A stretch of DNA of 63,424 bases, the filler included, from Folioceros fuciformis (taxonomy: Eukaryota): the NCBI GenBank assembly GCA_049999805.1. It is 5 parts of 5 records of this genome, joined end to end, with 100 filler letters (N's around TTAATTAATTAA, not from the genome) between each part and the next. Parts side by side here need not be neighbours in the genome. Positions count along the whole stretch, not along the records: positions 1 to 16,407 come from JBNGIO010001448.1; 4 more parts are not named here. One strand, written 5' to 3'. The position numbers were made by a program, and so were the translations under genes. This document shows positions 1-14,659 of this stretch, piece after piece. The notes under the pieces were generated by a model. It had not been told where the DNA came from. It saw nothing but the letters and a program-made list of their open reading frames with translations, and made no database searches. Each line of letters starts with the position of its first letter. The stretch's first letter is position 1.

Positions 1-84
1 CCATACCATACCATACCATACCATACCATACCATACCATACCATACCATACCATACCATACCATACCATACCATACCATACCAT
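1..84 (+). repeat. (CCATA)n pentanucleotide microsatellite, about 17 copies, running off the window start
   Basis: Perfect CCATA tandem repeat from base 1 to about 84. Confidence 0.97.
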
Positions 85-325
85 GTAGAGAGACCTATAT
101 TTTGCCCACAGTATTAAAATTATGAACTTATTCTGACTTCCATGGCTGTAGCTGTAGCTGTAGACCTAACGCAGGAACGTTTTAGGGGCAAGATTTGCTG
201 GCCGGCTGACGTACTTCCTCATAAGGCTCAAACGGGAGGGTAACGAATGCCGGAGCGGCCACAAGTGAGGGCCATTCTGGAAGGAACATCGCTTGCAGGG
301 ATTGGCGACGCGTTCTAGGTCCCGC

Positions 326-2272
326 ATGATGGATGTAGACAGCTATGCAAGCCTGTATTCAGGCCATACAAAAATTTCTCGGCTGCTCTTCATAGCCGAT
401 CATTGTCAGTCTCCACAATTGGAGCTGGAGGCACTGCGTATGGCCTTTGACGAGATCAAGAAGGGGGAAAACACTGCTCTCTTTAAGGAGGTGGTTGATA
501 AAATTGGTGGCCGGTTAGGGCCCGCGTACGCCATGGATCTTGAGTGGCTGGAGGCTGTAGACCGACGAGCTAGCCAGAAGTATGATAGGCTTGAAGTGGA
601 ACTCAATGGCTATAAGGTTAGTTGCTGCGCTCTTGGTGCTGCGAACTCGCGTTCCCGCAGGTGCTTCAGGACTCTGTGTGGTGGCCCTGCGGCCCTGTGA
701 GCATGGGCTTATGTGGCGGGAGATGGCATCTAACCCTTTTTGTTCGCGGTTCAAGTGGACTGAGGATGCCTGCAGCTTTGGAAGGCAATTGAAGCCTGAC
801 TGACAGTCTCTTGGTTTGCAGACTAATCTTATAAAGGAGAGCATTCGCATGGGCTACAATGACCTGGGGGATTTTCATTACAGTCGTGGAGACTTGCAGC
901 AGGCATTCAAGCATTATGTGCGCACACGGGATTATTGCACAACTTCCAAGCACATCGTTGCTATGTGCTTGAACGTAATTCTGGTCAGCATCGAACTTGG
1001 GCAGTTCGTGCATGTCACCAACTATGTGACCAAGGCAGATCAGACACCAGACGTCCAGGATTCCGTGGTGTTGGCCAAGCTTCGTTGTGCTGCTGGCTTG
1101 GCACACCTTGAGAGCAAGAAGTATAAGCTAGCAGCACGGAAGGTCGTATTTTCGGCCCTGGTCTCCACATGCAATGCTCTGCTGTCTGTCAGAAACGAAT
1201 GCGTGAACCCCAAACCCTGACATGTTCTGTGTTTTCATTCTCGGTTTGCTGCTGTCGTGCAGTTTGTGGAGACACACTTTGACCTTGGAAACAACTTCAC
1301 AGAGGTCATAGCTTCGCAAGATGTGGCGACGTATGGGGGCCTTTGTGCCCTTGCCTCTTTTGACAGAGCCGAGTTGAAGGTGAGGGTGCACGCACGCCTT
1401 CAGTCAGTTTTGAGTTTAGTTTGCTTGGGTTTTTTTTTTTCTCCCCTGTTTCCTGACGCTCTCTTGCCCTGCGTGATCAGAGCAAAGTGATTGACAACAT
1501 AAATTTTCGAAACTTTCTGGAGCTGGTTCCAGAGATTCGTGAGCTTATTAACGACTTTTATGCCAGGTATGCTGCCAATGAAAATGGGATAAAGGTTTTT
1601 TCTTTCCTTGTGGCTGCTCCTGTTCATTCACATGTGGTGTTTCCTGGAAAGTTGTAGAATGGAATGTGAAAATTCTGGCCTTGAAATAGGTGCCCGGGGG
1701 ATGTTGCTGGGGCTGACTCTCTGGGCTGGGCTGTGCTTTTTGCAAATGCAGTCGTTATGCCTCCTGCCTGAGCTACCTACAGAAGTTGAAGCCAAACCTC
1801 CTGTTGGACATTCATCTCCACGACCACGTCGAGACTTTGTACGAACAGATCCGGCACAAAGCTCTTATTCAGTACACAAACCCTTTCATCTCCGTAGATT
1901 TGAACACCATGGCCAGCGCATTCAAGACGAGTGTTGCTGGACTCGAGAAAGAACTTGCGGCCTTGATCATGGAGAACCAAATACAGGTACAACCGTCACA
2001 CTTCCTTCCCACTTCCACTTGCATCTGACTGTGTCACAGACCCTGCACGCAGATACTTAAGTAAGTTCTGCATATTCTGTTGCGTCCAGGCCCGTATAGA
2101 TTCACACAACAAAATCCTCTACGCCCGACACGCGGATCAAAGAAATGCAACCTTTCAACGAGTTCTCCAAACAGGCTCCGACTTCCAGCGGGACACTAGG
2201 GCTATGCTGCTTCGTGCCAACTTGATGCGGCACGACTTCGTGCAGCCCCAGGGCAACAGAAAACAGTCGTGA
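326..2272 (+). CDS. CSN1: COP9 signalosome subunit 1 (CSN1/FUS6), 6 exons: 326-616, 822-1142, 1263-1379, 1481-1566, 1752-1986, 2090-2272
   Basis: GT-AG exons join in frame: [64 protein letters not shown] domain [24 protein letters not shown]. Confidence 0.95.
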
Positions 2273-2596
2273 AATCTTCTGTTGCAGCATGACACTGGGG
2301 TAGGACCTCATTAGGACCGTAGTTACTTCGCCCTCCCTGTTCCCTCCAGCTACCAACATGGCTGCCTGTTCGTACACGCGTAATCCACGTAGCTGGGCTT
2401 GTAGAAATCGAAGGCCATTGTTGCTATCTATTTCTCATACAGACAAGCACTCTGATCGGATACTGAAAGTGGCTCCGTGTTCTCGACGCTGGATGCAGAA
2501 TCTTATCCTTGTACCCGATTCGTCATGGGCTGTGGGCCTACTTATCCAAGAGGTCAGGGCCACGTCAGGACAGCGCGTTTTATGGGCGGCTTTCGC

Positions 2597-2605
2597 AAAA
2601 TATCT
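2597..2605 (+). promoter_or_regulatory. Evening element (AAAATATCT) with nearby ACGT-core boxes, upstream of the B-box gene
   Basis: Exact AAAATATCT, with GCCACGTCA near 2559 and GACGTG near 2673. Function untested. Confidence 0.3.
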
Positions 2606-3462
2606 TGCAGTCCACATGGCGGAGCTGCAGAACCCCAAGAGATTCGGACTGCTTGGACCAGCAGCGAAGGCAGACGTGTGCCTCACAGTGGAATTTTGGT
2701 CGCGAGGCTGCTGCCAGTGGAAAATCAAATGAAATCAAATCCTTGGTCCAGAGAAAGACAGTCAGGCAAGCCTTTCCTTTATCTCGCCCCACAGGCCCTC
2801 GATGATTCTTTTCCCTACAGGCTATCGGCAGCGGGTCTCCTCGAAGTTCTGAGAGGGCGGCTCGAGATCTGGGCTGGCCTGGTCCGCCCTGCCCTGCCCT
2901 CCCCCCTCCCGGCTGCCATGGAACAATCCCGGATTGCGATGTTGATACTCGCATTGCACTCCTTAAGGGCATATGTTCGTTTTCCGTGTGTTGCGCATGC
3001 TGATTTGCTGACTGGCTGGCTGGCTGTCCTGTGGGCTCGCTGAGGCCTTGCCCTTACCCAGCTGGTGTCGTGTTCCTAGAACTCTCTGATGTGGGCTGTC
3101 CAACCTTTGTGGGTTGTTGGGATCTTGTTTCAGGAGTAAGGAGTCTAGCCGATCCTCGCATGGAACCGTAAGGAGGGAGGGGAAGCAGGGCGGAGGCTAA
3201 GGGGATGAAACTTGGGTACTTGTGGGCTATCTACAGGGTCGTGCACGGGCTGGTTGTTAAGGAAGATGGCAATTTCTTCAAGGGCACCAAGCAGAAAACG
3301 TGCGGCGGGGTTGATGTTGGGTTGATCGGCATTGGCATGACCCCATCCCTGCTGCTGGTGAGGTGTAGGAGTTAAGGATGTGTAGTGGACGGGGCTGGTT
3401 GATACTAGTCTCGTCCGGTTGAGAGCTGGAGTGCTTCGAGATCTGGAACCGGAGGTTAACAG

Positions 3463-4647
3463 ATGAGGACTCTCTGTGACGTCTGCGAGGCAGCTCCGGC
3501 TCGATTATTCTGCGCTGCTGATGAGGCTGCTCTCTGCCCTAAGTGTGACGATAAGGTTTGTGCGTGGTGGTAGTGGTCTTGGGGGTTTTTGTGATAATGC
3601 GGACGAAAACCGTGGGTCGCTGAAGTTGGTTCAGTGTGTGCTCTTGAGCCAGGTGCATGGCTGCAACAAGCTTGCAAGTAGACATGTTCGGGTGCAGCTG
3701 GCAGAGGCTCGGTCCGTGCCTCGATGTGATATCTGCGAGAACGCACCTGGTGATCGGAGTTGTCCAGTTAGCTTTCCTGCGTCTGCAGGTGTCTTGCCAG
3801 GTCAACAAGTCTCGTGGACTTGCGGGATGCTGATATCGCTGTCTGCCACTGTTGTTCGTGCAGCATTTTTCTTCTGCGGAATCGACGGAACGTCCCTGTG
3901 CTTGCAATGCGACATGGATGTGCACATCGGAGGAAAAAAGACTCATGAAAGATACCTTCTGATGGGACAAAGGGTGGAGGTGAGTCTGTGTGCTCGCCTT
4001 GAGTGTGTCTTCTGTCGGCCGTGTGTCCGTGTGTAAGCAGTTTCCAGGGAGTCTTTCCTCGGATGGATGGCAGTGTGTCGTCTAATCGTGTTTGCGACGC
4101 CGGATGTCTCAGCTCCCTTCTCAGAAAGGTCTCGCTGCTGCTGGAGCGCCTGTGGCTAAAACCCAAGAGCCACCGAAGGATGCCAACAGACAGCAAGGGA
4201 ATGAACACCACCACCATCACCACCACCATCACCACCATCACCATCACCACGAACATGCTCAAGAGAAGAAGGGGCCTAGCGCGAGTGATTGGAACAACAG
4301 CAACGCTCCAGCAGTTGCAATCACGGTCGGGGATGAAGACATGGAATTCTTTCCTCTTCCTGAGAAGCCAATTGGCAGGATGATCGACCTGAACTGTCAG
4401 CCTTCTCACCTGCAGAGTCAGTCACTCATGACTAAGGCAAGCGCACCTTGTTCTCACCTGTTTCATGACTGCTTTCTGGGTGCTGCATACGTAGCGGAGC
4501 CTTGTTCTGTTCAGCCGATGACATCTTCTCTTGTGGCTGGCCTTACAGAATGGCCAGGGCAGTGAACCGATGAGCAGTGACGACGAATGTGTCGGGGTTG
4601 TCCCAGAGCTTACTGCGCAAGAAGTAATGAATGCTGCCGATTCCTAG
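3463..4647 (+). CDS. Double B-box zinc finger protein, BBX18/BBX19-like, 5 exons
   Basis: [45 protein letters not shown] and [36 protein letters not shown] motif; C-terminal VGVVPEL if the GC-AG last intron (4437-4548) is spliced. Confidence 0.9.
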
Positions 4648-5831
4648 TTATGTACATAACGGAATTGTCCGTCAGGCTCTACGGTGGCGTCAGGCGTCCC
4701 TACGGAGTGTCACAGTGTTCCTAAAGGTGGTTGTCCGAACTGTCCGTGTGCTTTGCAACTTACCGACTGCTAAGTCTACAGGCCATGAAACTGTTTGCGC
4801 GCACATGAAATGTGATGTTTTCCAACACACGAGAGGCTACAGATGTGCCCTTTTTGCAGCACTATATATTACACCAGTCACAGGTCAGCAATAGGTACTT
4901 CCTCGTGCAACCATACATCCTAACGAACGTTTCGAAAGCTATGGAGCCAACCAGACACCCAAGAGAGCGCGTGATGGTGACAGCAGAACTGTGTGCCTGG
5001 CAAGCGAGGAAAAGCTCACGAAACCGAAACGCACAAGGTCTTTGCCACAAATTTACCATTGCGACACACAGGGAACACTGAAAGTTCTCACTCAGATACG
5101 TAACATGCTGCAGTACCCAATTAGCTGAAGAGTAGGCTCGAGTTCAGCATCATCCTCTGCTCCACATCCTGGCCTTTGAGGTCAATGCCTACACCCTGCC
5201 AGCTATGGCAGAGTGGGCAGTAAACTAAATACATATGTACTGCATCAAGTTGGATGTAAATTCAATGCCAAAATGTAAGGGACGTGGACCTTTACGAAAT
5301 GCACGCCGCGGAGTGGTAGTTATGATGCAGTGGTGTAAGCTACGTCCTTGGGCATGTCTTCGACTTGTCTGTCAGACTCAACGATGGCGCTATGAGATCT
5401 CTACGGAATGTCGCAATGATCTGGAAAATGTTCTCCTCTTGTGCAACTTTTAGGCCGTGAAACAGGTTGTGCGTACAATAAATCTGATATTTTGCAACGC
5501 AATAGGGTTCACAAATGTGTACTCTGCAGCACGATATATTGCACAAGCCTCGCAACTCCCTCCTACAGTCGCACGTCCAAATCCCTGATGTTCGGCAAGT
5601 CCTGTACATCAGAAAGACGAACACCAAGTCGTTTACTTAAACGCTCAGTTGGCAGGCACTCATCAGTATCGCACTCTGTCGGAAGCGAGGGCACTTCCTC
5701 CTGGTACCCAACCGTCAGCTTGTCAAGACATCAGGAAGCTTGTTGTCGAGTGTGTGGGCCAGTGGTTGGCATGTACTGGTCAACAATGCATGGTCTCAGC
5801 GCTGAGGACGCATCCAACTTCAACCCAGACA

Positions 5832-8800
5832 TCAACATGTCAGACCATCAGGCATAGATTGTTGGCTACTTCCCAAAATCTTTCCTCCAACATCTGGAAA
5901 GGTGTCACACCCAGGTAGCGAATGCACTGTGCCATCCTCTTCCACCCGAATGGGGTACGTGAGAAGATGTGCCTTCATTTCAGTAACTCGGTCGCTTGAC
6001 CACTGGGCCCAATTCTCGTCTCCAAGTGCTTTCATCTTTCGAACGGTATCCAAACTTGAAGGATCGGCGAACCAGTCTTCAAACATCGCAGTATGTTCTG
6101 CCCACAGTGACATCCTGAACCCGTACACCTGGTCACGGTTGGCATGACAAAAGCATGAGCAAATATTCGCCATTCTCCATGCTGTTAACACCCAAACGAC
6201 CAGAACACGTTTACTTAATAAGCCCCACCTGGCCACGAGGATGGTGCCGTTTCTTCGACCACGTATATTCAGGTTGATATGAGCCCATTGCTATCTCCGT
6301 ATCCCGTGATCCATCCATGGATCTCTGATTTATGTTAGCTGACCCGATGATGATGTATTCATCATCCACGACCATGCCTTTTGAGTGCACGTAAATCATG
6401 AAACGCCTGGCTTGCTGTGCTGCTGCCTGCACAGCCATAGACAAACTGACACCTCTGACACTACCAGAAATGCTGACCACAGCACCGAGGCTTGAGAGTA
6501 CAACACGTTACCTGATGCACATCAGCTGGGGACTGAGTTTGAGAGCTTTCATCCAAAGGCTTTTCTTCGCGGTTGCCAAGGCAAAAAAACATCAGGTAAT
6601 CTTGAGGCTTTTGCTCTCCAAGGAGTCCTTTCTCCCTTAAGGCATGAGCGACAATGAGATACATCATCTCCATAGTTTGGTACTGAAAGCAGAACACGAC
6701 CCCTTTTTTTAGATTTGTATAACGGCAACCCACACTTACATTGAAATAGAGCTACAATAGCGCAGACCTGAAAGTAGAGGATCTCCTGGACGGACAGACT
6801 TCCCGGGGCTCCTTCTGGGAACATTGGAATCACTACATAAACAGCAAACCTTTCACCTGCCATGATCTTGCTAGCTATCTTCAGAGCCAATTCCATAGGA
6901 ATTGTATTATCTGCACCTGAAAGAAAAGTAGACCATGCCATTCACAATGGAGTATTAACGCACTGAAACTCTGAACCTAAAGAGAAAATTGCCAAATTGC
7001 CTGCCATAAGGCTCTTCAACGGGTTGAAGTGAATCGCTTAGAGCTCATAACCAGCTCTCGAGTTGGCATGGCCAGAAACCCTTACCAGCGTTCTTGTAAC
7101 TAGGCCAATGGTAGGACGATCCAATGAAGTACTGGTTTTCAATGTAAATGAAGTGTTCAGCCCGGCGGATGGCTGCCACGTATGCTGCGTGAATGCTTGC
7201 ATCTACACGAATATTCTTCATGCAGACGAGATGCTGCAGAGCATGTTGGTTTCCACATGAGAATACATAACACGCATGGAATTTAGACATCAACTTCTAA
7301 TGAATTTGACCTCTGCCAACCGAAAACTTGTCGAGACACGGCAAAAGAGGAAGTAGGATCGGCCGATACCTGCTCTTCAGCGTCATCAATTTTGTTGGGG
7401 AATCCCTTCACTGAGCCTGAATCAATAGATCGAAAGATCTGCAGAAGACAGGATTTACTAGAATATTGACCTTGCCGCTTTGCTTGACTGCAAGGAAGAC
7501 ATGATTCCAAATCAGGTCTTTACTACCTGATCGTTCCACGTTTCTGGATCACCCTCACGAGTGACATACAGAGCTGGGTCACCCGAAGAAGGGGCTTCCT
7601 TGTCAGGCGCCTTCATCCAAGGTACTCGGTGAATCTCAATTAAATCACCACCGCCTGTTCGCCACTTCGATTTCTTCCACCTTTGCTCAAAATTGGTGAG
7701 CACATCATAAGCAGCTGGTCCCTCCATGCGCGAATGTAAATCATGCCACGGCTGTCTTGGCCCTCCCGCATCTTCTCCAGACTGACAAGATAGCCCACCA
7801 CATTACTCTCAATACAGACTGCCCACATGTGCTTATTGCACAAGGACCTGAACGGCTGAAAACTACAATCCACTAAAATTTACCCTCAAACCGAGGACCC
7901 CGGGGAAAGGCCTAAACCCTCACCGTGAATGAGGGCTGATGGTAATCCCCTTTGTGAATGTTCTGCAGAGATCTGAAAAGGGAATGTTCTGGGGTGTCAT
8001 AGCGACCATCACATAAGTCCAGGCCACCAACAAAGGCAGTTAATTGCCTCTTGGCTCCATCCCCCTCCCTTGGACTGTCTAGTAGCACGATTTTTTGATG
8101 ATGAGTATACAGTGTCCCCACCACCTACCATCATGAAGCATATGAAAGCCGGAACGTGGTTCCTCAAAATATGAAATCTACACATGTGCATGTGACCATC
8201 CAACACCTGTCATCTGGGCAAAGTGAGACTCAGATGGTACCTTCTGTCGAAACCAGCTCAACTTAGACGAGCCATACCGAGGTGCCAATCTGCAAGTCAC
8301 ACCTGTGTGCTTGAAAAATTTCCTGGTTTCCTCGTCATGGGTTTGCATAACACCCTCCTGTTTAGCAACAAAAGAGATGGATACAGTCGTCAGCTCACAC
8401 GATACTAAGTTTGAACACTAAATAGACCTAGATCAGTCGCGCTACACAATACCTGCCACTCATGTCATGCATAACAAGAAAAACAAGCCAGCCATTGCAT
8501 TGAAGGACCTAGACAGGTAGGACAAACGCAGAATAGACGGTTGAGTGTAGATCCAGTACAGTATTAATGAGCATGGTTTTGTGTGAAGTCTTATCATCCC
8601 AGACTAGCATCAGCACTCGAAGTCCCTCGGCACTTTTCCTCTTCAACAGATCTCCTAATGTCAACTGATAGCCTTCAGGCATACCAGGGGGTGGCTTGTC
8701 ACGAAGCAATGTAACCTTGTCGTAGATGGACCAGCCCGCGATGTAAATGAAATGTTCTGCTCCCAATATTGCTGCACATATTTCCTCCCAACACTTTCTA

Positions 8801-10653
8801 TGTTCATAAAACTTGCCATTCTCCAGTGGAATAGCAGGAAGTTGTCCATCATGCACATGTGCATCCTGGTATAGGACTGTTCTGCACCCCTTCCTGAGAG
8901 GGAAATACGTTCTCAGAACGCCTCTGTCCCCTGCATTATCCCTTTCAACTGGAATGAATTGAATTGAAAGATGCAATCCTGCACCCTGCTTCACTACTTT
9001 CCCTCCAGCACCGAGGATATCATACTTTTGCTCCACTCGCGTTCCATCCAAAAGACCTGCAGCTGGAACGTAGACATCCCCAATAAGCTGAGCTCCAAAC
9101 ATGTCATCATCTTTAATTCTGAATACCACTTCATCAGTATAATGTGCCACTGTGAAAAAAAAATGCTCATTCCATTCAGGGCGGGAATCATTGGTGAGCA
9201 CACGAGTCCTTGCCATCCTGGCGCCACAGATAATAATTGATACATAGGGGTCACTAGTGATCCTTTTAGCCCTGTGATGCTGCTCACTCGCAGACTTCGT
9301 AACTTTTGAATCAGGCTTGATCGGCTTACGGCATGTGCTGAACATCACACAACATTGTCTTACTCTCTCGGACACCAGATCCATGTTTGGCAAAGACGTT
9401 GCCCCATATATCCATACATCCAATGTTCCATGGAGAAGGACAAATTCACTTTGTTGCTTGAAGCTCCCACCAGCGCGCCTGCTACATCCTATACCAGGTG
9501 GCAAACTGATCAACCTCTCCCGTTGGCATTGACCATCAGAGCTCCCATTTGTTGTCTCACCAGCCATATCTCCTGCAAGCCAATACCAGCTCAGACAGTC
9601 GGGGGTTCTACTAGAAGGCATGTACACCAGACTAAACAACATGCTCAGTCGACAATGCTATTGTAACGGCAGACAATGTTACCAGCACAACAAAACACAA
9701 CAAAAAATCTGGGCACATCAGCCGAAACTACTTCTTCGGGTGCTTTTCTTGGATGTGCCAACTGGTGGAGTGACTGCAGCTATCCGCTGTACCAGAAACC
9801 CATGTGATTGCACTTTACACAGCCATGGTTGCTATAACCCGACTGACATCTCATTCTCTGGTTATACAAGGGGATTAACAAATTGAATTGGGAGCGACCT
9901 GGTACTTTAAAATTCAAAACCTATGCTACTGGGAGGCTCTTGCTAGCTACCTGAATGAGGCACCATAGCTGCCGCTTGTGGTTCCGGGGGTGGAAGAAGT
10001 CCTCCAGATACAACGTATCCATTCTGAGGTTCCTGACCATTGGTACTGTGTCGATCTGGCAAGGTTCCTTGGGGATCAGAAATGGATTGTTCGGGTACGG
10101 TCTGAGTGCCATGCGAATACGTGCTGCCTCCACTTGGAAGTGCTGCAACCTGGTATGGGCCAGGGGGAATGGGGCTTAAACTGGCAGCTGGAGGGATCAC
10201 AACAGGAGGAACAAAGTTCAAACTACCTGGTGGATATGGAACAGGTGGCACAATGTAAGGAGCCGGCGGTGCATAGCTCAGAACACTAGGTTGAGGATAT
10301 GAGCCAGGCGCATAGTTTACAATGCTAGTGGGGGGAGGTACGATGAAGACAGTACTAGATTGAGGCATTGGAGGATATACGTTCGTATGCACGACAGCTG
10401 CAGGCAAGCCATTCGGAGGATATACACTTGGACCACCTTGTTCCACCGGGGGAAGAGGGTACACAGTAACAAATTGCGGTTGAGGAGACACCACATAAGG
10501 AGAGGTCTGAGAGACAGGCAACTGAGGGACTGATTGAGGAGGATAAAACTGGCTGCTCACAACGGGAGGACGCACAGGCGGGGCTAGGTCAGGGAACGTC
10601 GTTGGCGGCGGTAACAGGTAACCACCACCATCCCCACCAGACCTTCCTGACAT
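5832..10653 (-). CDS. C2-domain phospholipase D (delta/beta-like) with a Pro-rich first exon, multi-exon
   Basis: C2 domain ([10 protein letters not shown]...ITSDPYV); HKD motifs [10 protein letters not shown] and [33 protein letters not shown]. Exon 9951-10653 splices in frame to 9572 (HSG|DMAG). Confidence 0.93.
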
Positions 10654-11505
10654 TGGTTCTCCTCACACATACAGCGGGAGCTGGGATCTCAGGATAGGCT
10701 ACGACCTGGATACGAGTAAAGCAAACAACTTCGGTAAGTACATAACTCTAAGCCTTTGCACAAGTACATAACTCTTAGGTTTTGCACATCGAAGAGTCTG
10801 CACTAGTGCCTTCAACTTAGATGTCAGCTGGACAGGTTGCACAGTGACAAAAGCAGAGAGATCCCACACGACAAACTTGACAGACATGTCCTCCACCGGA
10901 AGGCGTGATGCACCCCTCACAAGCAGAAGGACGTGAAAAAATCGATTGTTCAAAATCCAGACTAGCATCTTCCCACCACTTCCGGAATACACTACACAAC
11001 AAACAAATCCCTTCCACCGATGCCAGCAAACCACTAACAATGATCTGTCCATTTTCAAGAAGTCACTGGCGAGCTATTCAGCCGTAGGCAATACATGGCA
11101 AATGAAGTCATCCGACCCGGTAGAATCCCATCCCACTTGCCTGAGCCGGGCGAGGACAGATCTTTGCACACACCGAGCTCCGCGGGACCTCAATCTGTAG
11201 CAGCAGAGATGCGAATGAGGATCAAATCGTACACACGTCCATCACCAGCTCGGATCCACCCTAAACCATAGACTCCCGCGACAGAGCAGTAGAAAGCAGC
11301 AGAATAGCATGGCAGATTCGTACGCTGGGCGAGCTGCACAGGAGTCACTCACATTCCTCGGGGACAGAGATCAGGAAATGGGGCGAGCCGTCCATGCTCA
11401 ACGAGCTCCACTTCGGACAACGCGGATCCCTCGAGCCATTCTTCGCTCCCGTTACACTGAATACACTGCGTACGCGTCGCCAAAAGTAGACGATCTTGTA
11501 AACTT

Positions 11506-11515
11506 GCCACGTGTC
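11506..11515. promoter_or_regulatory. ABRE/G-box (GCCACGTGTC) upstream of the PLD gene; a second ACGTGTC near 11709
   Basis: Consensus match in the intergenic region 5' of PLD. Function untested. Confidence 0.3.
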
Positions 11516-11951
11516 CGCCCAGACGCCACGCTTGCACATATCGAGGTAGCAGAGCCGACTGTCACCAAGAACACAATACATGTACGTCCAAGAGTTTCGT
11601 GGCATGTCAGCTTGGAGACTAAATATGGGCGGCCGGAAGAAAAGCAGTTGCCTGCGCAACGGCATTATCACGCCACACCAGGTTCAAAACCGAGTCAGGT
11701 AACATGTTACGTGTCCTTCCTAATTCCTGCCTCAGAGGCTTCGTGAAGCAAGAATTGAAACACCCTGTCAGGACTAGAGGATAGGTATCTAGAGTCCAGC
11801 ATATCCTGCTCCAACGTCGGTGCCAAGAGCGTGAGGCACGCTCGGTAGATGAAGTCTACATTGTTACGGAGAAGGCAGGGGCTGAATGTAATTTGTTGTC
11901 GCAGATCTCACGAGCTGGAGTAACACTGCCCTGGAGAGAAGAAAAACTCGG

Positions 11952-12953
<1,002 letters not shown>

Positions 12954-13641
12954 TCACTCTGCTCTACTCCAGCACCAGAAGTGGCACTCAACGCACATGG
13001 CATCCCTCCATACCCCTGCACTCAAACCCTCGAATGAAGGGGAATCTGTCCCCCACCACCTCAAGCCCGATCCCTGCTTTCCTGTGATACAACGAGACTC
13101 AGCACACAACAGTGTTACAATTCCTGCTCCCCACACCAATCTCCTTCCACTCTCCTCCTCCACGACGATAAGCAAGGGCCGGCCGTGCCAATCCACCCTC
13201 ACACGCCACCATCCACAGTTACCCTAGAGCTCGAAACGTCCCACGTCTCGCGCCGAGACTGTCTAGAAGCTAGCCAGGATACAGGAGTCCAGATTTTGTC
13301 GCTGCTCCTTTGCATTCCCCCTTCTGGAATCCTCGATCCACGGGATAGAACACTCGAACACGAGTCTCTAAGCGTGCAGCATTTTCCACTGGAAATAAAC
13401 TTCTACTGCATTCACACTAGTAACCTCGATGCCAGGTGTCAAGGACTCCAAGAGCTACAACGTGTGTATTTCGTACGACAAACGTTGTAGAAGCGCGAAG
13501 GGACAACGCGCGGGCTCCAACGCCGTGCTTTATAAGAGCAAGATGTACAAAAACTGGCGACAACGCAAGGATCAACTCAACTTCGCCTGCAGCTACGGTT
13601 GTGAAACCGACTCTGCCAAGGGCAAACCTACAACCGCAGAT

Positions 13642-14249
13642 CTACAAATAAGCACCTGTAAGAATAGCAGGATGCCCATCGTCTGCTGGCCCGTAAGAAG
13701 GAAGTACCGAACTGGAAACCGGCATCACTCCCCGCTCTCGTTCCCCTCCGACACATCCAGCTTCCCCTAGCTGAGGCCCAGGCTCGTGGCCCTGCAACAG
13801 CTGATCTTCCTTGACATCGCCTTCAATGTGGACAACCTTGTCACGGCCCTCCTCGATGAGGCCACCAACCTTGGGATCCACGCAGTTCTCAGGACGCGCT
13901 GCGTTTAGCCCAGGGCTATCCACCACATCACTCCAATCCCCGTTGCTAGGGCCAGGGTTTTCCACACAACCCTCTTCCTTCCCCTCGCTTCCTGCCAGAG
14001 TAGATGCAGCAGATCGCACCATCTCCGCAGCACGGTGGAAGGCCTCCTGTCAACAAATTAAAAAACAGAAAGATATCACACCGTGAAGAAAGAACGAGCA
14101 AAGTGTTGTCTCATACTGCAGCATCAGGAAGGAGGCTAAACCTGAATCCCCTCCGCGGAGAGGACAGTGTTTTCCAAGCCAGCATCCTCCAATCGGGGTG
14201 GGAAGGCCTTGAGATAGTCGGCATTGCTGTTACACTCCTCCATCATCAT
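13642..14249 (-). CDS. Conserved uncharacterised plant protein, 2 exons
   Basis: MMMEECNSNADYLKAFPPRLEDAGLENTVLSAEGIQ|EAFHRAA joined by a GT-AG intron. The PPRLEDAGLE...EAF motif is recalled from an uncharacterised land-plant family. Confidence 0.7.
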
Positions 14250-14407
14250 GCCGGATCTGCGCACGAAAACCCTGCTCACGCCTGATGCGTCAGCTTGCAA
14301 GCACGATACAAAAGCGCGGCCAAGAACGCAGAGAGAATGGCTTGCAAAACGAGGGTATCAGAAACCTTGGACTAAGCTTTGAGAAGACAGGAGAAAGTTG
14401 GAACTCG

Positions 14408-14659
14408 CTATCTGCGCTTCTGCCGCTGTGGCTGCTGCTGCGCAACAGGCTGAGAGGCAGGAACAACGGTAGGCGAGAAGTCGAAGCGGCGGCGGAACTT
14501 GGCAAGCTGGCCTACGGTCTCGGACTGCTTGCCGGGGTCGCGGATGTAAGCAGGACGGTCAGGATGCTTAAATGCTTTGGCCGCCAGGACGCGCACCAGG
14601 CGGCCGTGCGGCGATACCAGTTTGATCCACTGCAGCGCGGGGTGCACGCCTTTCTTCAT
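14408..14659 (-). CDS. Plant mitochondrial ribosomal protein bL31-like
   Basis: MKKGVHPALQWI...GRLVRV...GQLAKFRRRF matches the plant mitochondrial L31 pattern (MKKGIHP...GQxAKFxRR). Confidence 0.8.
   Translation of the reverse strand: MKKGVHPALQWIKLVSPHGRLVRVLAAKAFKHPDRPAYIRDPGKQSETVGQLAKFRRRFDFSPTVVPASQPVAQQQPQRQKRR

Noticed and set aside
1-84. (CCATA)n as a novel telomere repeat
   Set aside because: The window edge is not shown to be a chromosome end, and TTTAGGG-like tracts occur elsewhere. A microsatellite is the simpler explanation.
2358-3043. ORFs between CSN1 and the BBX gene
   Set aside because: No motifs; better explained as CSN1 3' UTR plus BBX promoter and 5' UTR.
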